A DNA stretch of 43,077 bases, from contig DF237643.1 in assembly GCA_000708835.1 (NCBI GenBank), positions 1-43,077 of the forward strand. The letters are read 5' to 3'. Position 1 is the first letter of the stretch. Each line of letters starts with the position of its first letter. This DNA comes from Klebsormidium nitens (lineage: Eukaryota; Plantae; Klebsormidiophyceae). The notes beneath the pieces are model-generated. The model was not told the origin of the DNA. It saw only the letters and a list, made by a program, of their open reading frames with translations, and searched no databases. Shown here one piece after another: positions 1-10,183 of the stretch. The position numbers and the translations under genes are program-made.

Positions 1-337
1 GAGTATGGAACTTGAAAGGCCGTCAGTCTGCCCTAAATACACTTGGCGCTTGCGGCTTGTTTGCAGTTCCGCCTTGTCGCTAACGTTACCGTATCTCAGC
101 TTTCTCAGCTTGCGAGCTTGTTTCTGTGGCTTTTGAAATTTGTATGCTGGAGACCAGGCTTGTGACCCGGGAACGCTTTACTGCGGTAACGGTGTACATA
201 CGGACCCCTACCGGCTCATTGCTTATGCCGAAAGGGCCGATATCTGGGTGCCCGGTACATTGACCTGGCTGGGTTGGGTGGGAATGCAAGGTCGCGCCAA
301 CTGCCGTGCCAGCTCAGCGCGCGCGGCAGCAATGGCG

Positions 338-1399
338 CGGCCGCCTCCGAAGCTGCGGCCGCGGCCGCGCCGTGTCCGGGGCGTCTACGGACAAGTGAGT
401 ACGTCCGTGAACCAGCGGTCAGTGTGATTGGTCACGCTACCTTGGAAGAGAGTCAAATTCACTACTAAGGCTGTCGGCCGGACGGTTGCTAACAACGCAG
501 CTTCGTGCTGGAAAACAGCAAAGTCCCCTGCAGAAGCAGTCACCATCACGGCTGTTCTTCAGAACGCTTTGATCTGGGTTGCAAGCGCGATTTATTGTCG
601 CCTTCTCTAGTTTCATTCAATCGAGCGGCTCATTCTTGAATCTTTCAAGGGTAGACTTCTGATCCATATGAACTTCCATTGATGAAGAATTGTTGCAACG
701 CCTTCAGATTCGCTTCAACGCACCAACAAGCTGTAAACCGTCCCTGTTCAAGTTAGCTGTTCTAGCTGACAGATGAATAATCATAGTGCATTTTATTTAT
801 TTTATTCGGCCACAGAGGATCTGCATTGAAGAAAAATAGAATGTAAGATATAATCTGTTTTATATGCATACTAAACGGCCGGTTCCGGTAAGAAAGCTCT
901 ACGACAGACATACTAGTAGAACAAGGGAGGTTTTTTATAGTGGAAGGGTTGAGTTTGAGAGGAGCTTGAGGCATCTGAATTCGACCACAGATAGGGGAAA
1001 GTATCGCTGGGTTCCAGCCCATGCTGTGCTCATTGGTCATCCCCGCCTCAGCGTTTGAAGCTTGGGATAAGACGAGGAAAGATAACTTGCGGAGGGACAG
1101 GTACGAGCCGCTTCATGCCACCAGTATTACGTGACCCTTTTTTGGAACAAGCGTAGTGTGAGGAGGACACGACCGATGGGGAATCGATGCTTTGATTGAA
1201 GCAAGTGGTTTCATAACGAAAGCTCCGAACTGGGGTGGGCCCAACCGGGGTCAACTCCAACTGACAGTCTTAGCAATTCAAGCGTCCTCTTTAAAGCTGT
1301 GGACGACACGGATGTACCAGGGGCCGAACCGGTTTTGAGCCTGTCTTTTCCGAGTCGAAGGTCTCCCCCAATGAGGACCATCAAAGAGGGACATAGCAC
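338..1399. repeat. Copy A of a diverged ~1.1 kb direct duplication (partner 3790-4877); possible pseudogene
   Basis: Colinear similarity from CCTCCGAAGCTGCGGCCGCGGCCGCGCC to GAGGACCATCAAAGAGGGAC, offset ~3460-3480 bp, with scattered substitutions and indels. Confidence 0.92.
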
Positions 1400-3439
1400 C
1401 GGCTTTCGTAATCAAGTATCCCACGTCATTGCAGTATCCAAAGATAATCAGAAAACCCTGGCGAGTAGAAGCTGATGGAGGCAGCTTGAGCAAAGCCCAA
1501 GAGTAGTTGCGCCCAGGAGCCCACTGGGATCGTAGTTGCTCGTCATGAACACCGAAGGGTCATATATCATAAAAAGGACAACAACGTGTAAGTAAGAGAG
1601 GAACGTTTGGTAAGCTCTACTATCTCGGAGAAAATTGCGCCTCTTCTGAACACAACATTCAAGTGAGCTCAGAAAAGCCCTCTGGCCATAAAGCGATCCC
1701 CGCTTCCGGGCCCGTACTAAGCGCCCGCGGCCGCTCATGCACAAATCTTTTACCATGCGGAAGTGGCAATGCTCAGCACTTCAGGCTTGGCCGCCTCAAT
1801 CATGATCGGCTTGCAGCGACTCCAATGCTCGGACAAAGCGTTGGCGCGGTCGCCGCCTCCGTCGGTAGGGGCCGCATGTCAGGTTCAGCCTTATTCGAGA
1901 GCGTGTTTTTCATAAGGATCACTGTTTGGTACCAGACACCTAGCTGGTAAGCCAGCACGCGTACGCAAGGGCGCTTGCGAGATAAAGGAAAGGTGCCGAG
2001 TGGCTCGAAAACGTATGCGTCGGCCAATGCAAATCTGGTCTTTAAGTCCAAACACCGGTTGCCCGTCTTCGCTGACCGTCGGCTGAGCTTGGCGCGCGCG
2101 CGCGCGTGTGAGCGCCACCTTCTCGCGCCAGTCGGGCAATACCGCGCGCCTTCACCAGAGCGCCCGGGCCCGTCGACTGGGGCTACGTCGCTCTGACAAA
2201 AAGTGAAGACCTGGGATACGCCTCTTAGCTTCTGCTAATATATAGGTCTAATCTTTAACCCCTTCAGAAATGTAGTCGCTAGCAAAGACGAGACGTCCTC
2301 TGTAACCGCTACCCCTGTCTGTACAGCCACCCGGCGCAAGCAGGTCGTAAGATGTAATGTCTGCAATGAAACCGGCGAGCAGATTTGCGCACCGCCTGAA
2401 GCGCGCAAGCGTCGAAGAATTCGGCGGCGAAGATGAAAGGGCATCCGGAAGTTGGGAGTGCTTCGGGCCTTTGCCCGAAGCATCGCTGACGTCACTGCCA
2501 CCACGCGTTTGTGCATTCACGACGGACGTCGACCAATGATTGGTGCAAGAGACCAGGGCGCTCAAGAAGATCTTCAAAGTGCATGCGGATTGTATTCCGA
2601 AGTTACGGATCCAATCGATGGCATCCGAGCCATTACAGCGACAGCTTGGCTTCTAGCAACCATCTATAATGCTTCGTCCTTGCCACGTCATGGAGTTCAA
2701 AGGGAAATACTAGACGAAAGAAGGTCGCACGGGATTGCGCGGGATTGCCGGGATCAACAAAAGCATTTAGATGCGCCCATCAGTTGATTACCACACCTAC
2801 AGGGTTCGCGAGGAAAGGAAGTCCTGCCCGATGTGACTTCGTTTTTAGTCCGCATATGCATGGCGGAAGGAAAACACGGATGGGGAAGGGACGGAAGGGA
2901 CCCTCCTTAAAACCAGTTAAGGACCAAACCAAAAGCTTCGTGTACATTTCATCGAAGTCCTCATTTTTGCATGGCTAGCTTTGGTGGCGTTCGAGATGAA
3001 ACTCGGTGTCATACTTCACGGGAGACTCCTCTCAGTTTAGCATCTATCTCAACCAGCAATATAGTATACCCGCCTTGAGAGAAACGTTCCATCCTAGTAC
3101 GCTGTCGTGCGGCAAGGATGTCAAAGCAATTGCGTGCGATTGGAAAATAAACAGCTTCCAATATACCTTTATGCACCGCAGCCGTCCGCTCAATGGCTCC
3201 GCCGTGCTCACGTCATCTTTAACGTCACCCAGGCCTGACTTCTGCAGCGCCCAGCGCGCGCAGTGCGCTCGGTCTTTGCGAACGCACAGGTTTGATGCAA
3301 AGTGCGCTCCATCAGGGTATCTTATAGCTTTCCGATCAGGCCGCACAACGAACGCCGTTCCTAGCGCCCCGGCCCTTACGGGTCGCTTCATTCTTCGGGC
3401 AACCTATTATACGTAGGCCGCGTGAACATACGTCAGCAA

Positions 3440-3830
3440 TCAGTGCTAATGCCGCGCCGCAGCCGCGCGCCAGTCCGAGTCGCGGCCGCCGTTCTACGGC
3501 TCCACGACCGCGCCGACATTAATTTATTTAGTTTTAGAGGGGCCCGCGGTCGCGCGGCCACGCAGCCGCGCAGACGCTCCTCGCTCCCGCACTGGCCCGG
3601 CCGCCAGAAAGCGCCCCGGCCGCGTGGCCGCTGTCTTTCGGTCAACATGGCTTTATTGGCTGCCACTCAAACGGTCAGCGCGCGCGCGCTGAGCAATCAG
3701 TGGGTCTCAAACGCGCGCGGCTGCGCATGATTGGGGCGGCCGCGCGGCCGGTCTGCTACGCCGGCCCCACGCGCGGGGCGCCACTAGCACGGCCGCCCGG
3801 GCCTCCGAAGCTGCGGCCGCGGCCGCGCCG
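3440..3830. other. CGCG/GCGGCCGC-rich CpG-island-like block with CCAAT-like motifs
   Basis: Dense CGCG and GGCCGC, a perfect palindrome TCAGCGCGCGCGCGCTGA (~3675-3692), and CAATCA/TGATTGG motifs. Smaller similar blocks occur at ~290-400, ~2080-2190 and ~7190-7370. Confidence 0.6.
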
Positions 3831-5060
3831 TGTCCGAAGCGTCTACGGACAAGTGAGTACGTCCGTGAACCAGCGGTCAGTGTGATTGGTCACGCTACCT
3901 TGGAAGAGAGTCGAATTCACTACTAAGGGTCTCGGCCGGTTGCTAACAGAGCAGCTTCATGCTGGAAAACAGCATCCTCCCTTGGAGAAGCAGTCACGCG
4001 CCCAGTGGCCGTTTCATCACGGCTGCTCTTCACAACTCTTTGATCTGGGTTGCAAGCGCGATTGATTGTCGCCTTCTCTAGTTTCATTCAATCGAGTGGC
4101 TCATTCTTGAATCTTTCAAGGGTAGATTTCTGATCCATATGAACTTCCATTGATGAAGAAGTGTTGCAACGCCTTCAGATTCGCTTCAACGCACCAATAT
4201 GCTGTAAACCGCCCCTGTTCAAATTAGCTGTTTTAGCTGACAGATGAATAATCATAGTACTTTCTAGTATTTCTGTCGGCCACAGAGGATCTGCAAAGAA
4301 AGAAAATAGGATGTAAGATATGTTCTGTTTATTATGCATACTAAACGGCCTGTTCCGGCAAGGAAGCTCTACGAAAGACGTACTAGTAAAACAAGGGAGG
4401 TTTTTTGTAGTGGAAGAGTTGATTTTGAGAGGAGCTTGAGGCATCTGAATTCGACCACAGATAATGGAAAGTATCGCTGGGTTCCAGCCCATGCTGTGCT
4501 AATTGGTCATCCCCGCCTCAGCGTTTGAAGCTTGGGATAAGATGAGGAAACAAACGTTGCGGAGGGGCAGGTAATGCATGAATCCTCTCCATGCCACCAG
4601 TATGACGTGACCCCTGTTCGAACAAGCGTAGTGTGAGAGGAACACGACCGATCCGGATTGATCTTTAATTGAAGCAAGTGGCCTCATAGAAAGCTCATTG
4701 GGGTGGCCTCAACAGGGGTCAACTCCAATTGACATTCTTAGCAAATGAAGCGTCCTCTTTTACGATTTAGAGGACTCGATGTACCAGGGGCCTAAGTCCA
4801 AAGCCGACCCGAACCGGTTTCCAGCCTGCCTTTTCTGAGTCTCCCCCAGTGAGGACCATCAAAGAGGGACAGAGCACGCGCGCATGGACCTCGTGCCATC
4901 AGTAAGACGTGGCCCTCCTCATGAACTATTGTAAGCTGAGAAGGACACGATTGATGGGGGATCGATCTTATCCAAGCAAGTGGACTCATGACAAAAGCTG
5001 TTGGAGTGGACCCGATCACGGTCGGCTTCAACTGGCAATCTGAGCAGTTCAATCGCCTCT
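3790..5060. repeat. Copy B of the ~1.1 kb duplication plus a third partial sub-copy (~4930-5060)
   Basis: Partner of copy A. The sub-block GGACACGA..GATGGGG..ATCGAT..AAGCAAGTGG..TCAT..AAAGCT occurs three times (~1165, ~4640, ~4940). Confidence 0.9.
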
Positions 5061-5827
5061 TCGATCGAGTACAGTGTAGACATTTTACTGGGAGCCTTTC
5101 TCCAGGAGCGGGGGCAACCCGTTTTACACTTCTAAGTGAGTCGACAGATCTCAACGCGCTAAATATCTGCGGAAGCGCCGCCTGGCCGCCTATCGGAGTG
5201 CTTTGAAGCATGCTACAAACTTCGTTTGTTTAACTGCAAGGACCGGCATATCGGAAGCGGCGCTTGTGGGCGTCAAATGCTAAAGTTACGGTCTTTACTG
5301 AGCAGTAAGCCCAGATCCTATTCCATCACCGCCGTTTGTGAAACCCACCTTCAGTCAGGGTCGCCAACAAAAGTGCGAGGGCTGGACAGGAAGTAGAGGA
5401 CAATGCGCATAGCAAAAAGTCTCAAAGTGTTACGGAAAGTTTTAGCGCGTCGAATCACGGCCTGAGAGCCAAGCCATGTGTCAGCGGAACGGTGTAACAG
5501 CAAGAACCGGTCAAAGGTTGGATTGCCAGTGAATCGATTGTACATGTCACGTAAGACGGGTTTTTCACCCAAGTCGAGAGGGCGAGTAACACAATTACAC
5601 CAGCTTCTTTTGTAAGCGCGGCCTGCCGTGCCCGATGTTTAGTTACTCATGTCAAATCCATTCCTCGTTAGCCAAAAGACAGTCCAGTCCGGCACCATCG
5701 GCGTACAACGGCGTACGTAAGCAAGTGGACGCAATTGAGCCCAGTACTGCCATCGCAGAAACATCATTGCCGGAGACACTGATCACTAGCCTTTAATTAT
5801 GCAGACGAGTACCAAACAAGAAACGTT

Positions 5828-6920
5828 TGACGTGGCACGCGGACAAGGCGCACACACGACCATCATCCAAGAGAACGTTTCCCTACCTTGCATTTGCACC
5901 TAATCCCCTTGCCGTTTCCAGCGACCGAAAGGCAGCCAGTCTGGGGAACCGATTGCCAAGAACGTTTCGAGCTCTAAGGCGACAGAAGGTAGGAAGGAGA
6001 AAAGATGATGCCGGGCAAGTACTGGAGCCGAAAGAACTGGTGCTGCGGTCTCCGCCGTATTAGTCTAGCTGACGGAATCCAACACGTTTGGTTGACAATG
6101 CCATACATGCGGCTTAAGAAAAGCGCATGAGCTTTTGAGACCTCCTTACTTCAGAAAAATAATGAGCCCAGTGAAGGTCCCTTCTGGCAATGGCATCGGG
6201 GTCTTCTCAATCGTATGGCTCAATTCGCCACCAACTTGAAGGCTGAAACACGACCCTTCCATCCCTGCCACTGATCGTAATTTTGAGTACTTCTTGAGCC
6301 AAAAAGTCACAAACGGAAGAACACATCCATCAGATGGACGAAAAAGCTCCACGCCTGCGAGGGCAGAAACATCATTTCCACGGTCGGGAAGTCTAGATGC
6401 AGATGAATACTGACAAGAAAAGGTGACGTGGCACCTGGGCACAAGGCGCGCGGCCGACGAGCATGCCAGAGAGCGTTAGCCCGACGTGACATCTGGCATA
6501 AAACTGACCCACGTGCGGATTCGATCGGGCGACCCAAAAGCAGCCAACTCAAGCAACCGATCGCCCAGAACGTCTCGATCTGTAAGGCATCGGAAGATCG
6601 GAAGGAGAAAACTTTATGCCAGGGCTGAAGTACTGGAGCCGGAAGAACTGGTGCTGCCGTCTCCGCCATTCTAGTCTAAGCTGACGCTTCAACACATCTA
6701 GTTGACCATGCAAAACACGAAGCTTAGGAACGGCGCTTGAGCTTTTGGGACCTCAGTAATTCTAGGATGCATAAGCCTCGGGTCGACGGTTCTGTCTGAC
6801 AATGGCGTTGGGATTCTTGACGACCGGTGGCTTCGATTCGCCATCAAAGCTGAAACGCGATGTTCGTCCTTGCTACTGATCGTACTTCTTGAGGTTTTTC
6901 GAGCCAAAAAGTCACAAACG
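5828..6920 (-). pseudogene. Tandem ~600-bp-period duplication (5828-6315 / 6424-6920); each copy has a decayed F-box-like reading
   Basis: The DNA duplication is clear (shared GTACTGGAGCC..AAGAACTGGTGCTGC.GTCTCCGCC and GAGCCAAAAAGTCACAAACG). One minus frame reads LA*SFLLPIFRCLTDRDVL / PASSFLLPTFCRLRARNVL, which fits the spacing of F-box LPxELLxxIFxxLxxxDL. Stops and frameshifts are present. The F-box call is inference. Confidence 0.35.
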
Positions 6921-9900
6921 CAGACTGCGCAAAAAACGAATCTCCCACCAAACACGGCAATAAGTACCGAGCCACGTCATGCATACCATACGGCAGTGAC
7001 GGGGATATCATTTAATACCATACGGGTATTGACGGGCCGGATTGCACAAGTCTCCGTCAAAGACCATAAGGAAAGACAGGGGCCTTGGAGAGGAAACTAG
7101 TCGAGGGTCGACTGCTCGCGCACAGCTCGCGCCGTAAAGTCGTCATAGGAACACTTTATGCTCAGCTCTCACAACTCGACCATACCAATATGGCGCGCGC
7201 AGCTCTGCGCAAGCTAGCTCGGCTCGGGCTCAGGCTAGCTGCCAAAGTGCTGCCGTTGCAGTCGCGGGTTTCAGTGCACGCGCCCGAGACCACGACTCAA
7301 CGCGCGCCCGCGGCCGCTTTATCGGCCACTGCTAGTTGCATCGCGACCGACATCGCGGCTCAAGCGTAACAGCACCCCGACAAGCTCAGGGCAGGTATCA
7401 AGTAGACTTGGATTTGTTCTCCTTCTAGGGAAGACCAAAACATGAATTTCAGCGTTTCCGACGCAAGAAAAGCCACTTTCTAGATGTCTGGCTACCTCCC
7501 TAACTGACCGGCAATTCAGATTTGGATGAAGGATAGCATGGGCCAAACCCACTTTTGACGTCCTCATGGCCGGCGGAAGTGGGCACATGGATGTAGAACC
7601 AACCACGACTTTTCGCTGTAACCAATCAAACATACTGTGGTGAACCTCTATTCAGCTGAATGTTCAAGGAGCGGAGCGGTTTGACATAGCCAAGCGGACG
7701 ATGAAAAGATGCGAGAAGCGAGCCCGAACAGAAGAGAACAGCAGCAAGTTTAGAGAGCCACCCGTTCTCGGAACAATGTCGAATGATTCAGTCAAATGAT
7801 TGAGCGGACTCGTCAACGAGCGGGAGAAAAGTGTTAGCCGTCACGATTGCTTGCAGTGTTGCCTAGGATACTGCGCTTGATGCGAAGTGGCCAAATTAAT
7901 TGGCGGTTGACGCGCAGACTGCTCAGAGGACACAGCCGACAAGAGAATGGACCGAGGGGTGAGGAGGACGGTAACGAAGCGGGACTGACTCAAAAGAAGC
8001 CGAATGATCCGGGAGAGGAATGGTCATGAGCAACAAAACCGAGCGACTTCATTGAACACGCTGTGATGTTGTCGCCAGCGGATTGAGATCCTGAAGGTAG
8101 TGCCTGGCCACGATCATATCCACAGCCGGATAGACTACGCGTCGCACTACGACGCAACTCACTGGCATGCTTATTCAGAACCGTGACTGTGCAACGAACA
8201 AGTTGTGGCCCGCCCATCCATTGTTCAAAGCAATGATCTGCTCTGAGATCGGACCGGTGACCTTGCACGTAGCGTTGACAGGACCGCTGCAGAGTAAGCT
8301 AGAAGCTGCAAACGCAGCAACTGGAATCAGAAGGGACAAGGCCGGCATCGTAACTCAGATTCCATTCACGCTTGGGCCAAAGCCCATTCACAAGGATTGG
8401 AGTAATTTCTCATGGCCGTGCCGAAGCGATGGGGAGTGACCTGCGGACTTCACCCGGCCAGCATCAAAGCATGTAGCGCGTTGAGCAAAAGTTCACAAGG
8501 CAGACAATCACTGCCGCATCGGCAAACCGCAATTTATCGCCAAGGAATCAATTGTGTATCGGCGCCCTTGCAAAGTTGAAAGTCAAGTCCACCTAAGCAA
8601 GAAGCGAGCTCGATTGCACGTGCGGCGTAAACTTAGATTCAAGACAGATTGGTCGGAGTTGACCACGAAGCAGATTTGGTTGCTAAGCAACGGAACAAGG
8701 AACCGCGGCCACTCATGTGCTCATTTGAGATTTGCCGACGTGAATAATCATGGTAAACCGATATTGCAAGCACTGAGTGCCAGACCGTCACTAGTGAAAC
8801 ATATATGAGCAGCAAGTTGATCGAACTTCGGAACTGTATCATACTGAATTGGTACCATTATACTGATCCTTCACCAAGACACAAAGCAAAGGGTGGCGCG
8901 TGATAAAAAAATCACCCAACTGAATCCTCACCGTCTGAGTCAAGCTAGCAACAAACTTAGTCACTCGGCTCATCGATCCGAGCCTGCCCTGAATCTGAGC
9001 GCTGGGCTATCAATCAACCGTACTCATAAGACTAGCTTTGCAGTGGTGCAATGATGCTAGAGGCCCCGATTGAATCGCATGATACGGGGTGGAAACAAAT
9101 AGGTGCGGTCAGCTCCGCGCCTCCATGAATCATTGAAGTGGCGGCCGCGCCGTCACTCCAACCACTTCAACAGAAGACGGCCGTCCGCCGGCAAAGCGCC
9201 TTGTTAAGACGCAAACTTAGGCAAAAGAAGCTGGTGACCGTCACATCGAGGCCGTCTCTCGCAAGAAGAGTAACAGCCTTCTAGCACTGATGCATGAAAG
9301 CAAACTCGGTTCAAAGCGGGAAAGTAAGGACTGATGCCGTGTTGACGAACGCTTGAGAAAACGCGTCCCTTTTGTCACACCAACTCAGCACTCTTCAGCA
9401 ATTTTCAGCAATCAGAGGTGATAGACGCGGAGATTGCATGGCATTTGAAAATGGTTTGTCTTTGAACTGTTCAAAAGAGTGGCCGTACCCCGCACTTAGG
9501 GGCCGGCTGCTTATCCACGGGACTGTAAGTTCCGACTCGTCTCCAGTATCTTCTGGCGTGCGAGTCCCGTTGCTTGGAAATATTGTTTATATTGCAACTT
9601 GCCAACATTCCCAGGCTTTCCCTCGATCATGAATGAGGCACAGCTGCTTCGAGACCTGGCCTACGGAAGTTCGTCGACCGGAACTCTCAGTGGATCCGAC
9701 CGATCTATTCTATTCCGGACCCCGTGACCAATGTACACGCCAGTAACTTCCAGCAACTATTCCGTGCTTTACATGCCTGCTCTATCTTTGCCTCAGTCTC
9801 CATGTGACCTTAGTCACTCCCCGTAACCAACTTCTTAACAGTATTCAGACTGACGGGCGCCTTTTAAGGGCCAGTATTCGCTATACAAGTTCTCTTTACA

Positions 9901-9996
9901 GGGTTTCCTAGCTAGGCAGAAGAGTCACTGCACCAATCCTTTTTACACTCCCTCGTATACGTCACACCCACGGATCGTTTCCATCTCGTAGCACCC

Positions 9997-10056
9997 TCAT
10001 AAGCGGGCAGCTCTGCCCATAAGCGGCCAGCCCAGCCCATACGCGGATCGCCCAAC
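9997..10056. repeat. Three ~20-bp degenerate tandem repeats downstream of the Deltex stop
   Basis: CATAAGCGGGCAGCTCTGCC / CATAAGCGGCCAGCCCAGCC / CATACGCGGATCGCCCAACT. Confidence 0.65.
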
Positions 10057-10183
10057 TGCTACTCGCAAAGCTGACCAGACGCTCCGCTCTTCGATCCTAA
10101 GCGCACAGCCGGCTAATAAGCGCAGAGATCGACCTGTAAGCGCTAAACCTGAACCATACGGACACAGCAGTTATTGTATAAGC

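Noticed and set aside
640-1020. Myosin-like fragments (CVEANLKALQQFF; HGLEPSDTF.YL)
   Set aside because: The matches are short, the spacing is wrong for a myosin motor, one copy has a stop, and there is no P-loop or switch motif.
338-4877. The two ~1.1 kb direct repeats as LTRs of a retroelement
   Set aside because: No TG..CA ends, TSD, primer-binding site or gag/pol remnants were found, and there is a third partial copy. Segmental duplication fits better.
7319-9400. Scattered ORFs, including a kinase-like LHPN word and a signal-peptide-like 57-aa frame near 8175-8350
   Set aside because: No consistent exon chain or recognisable family could be built.
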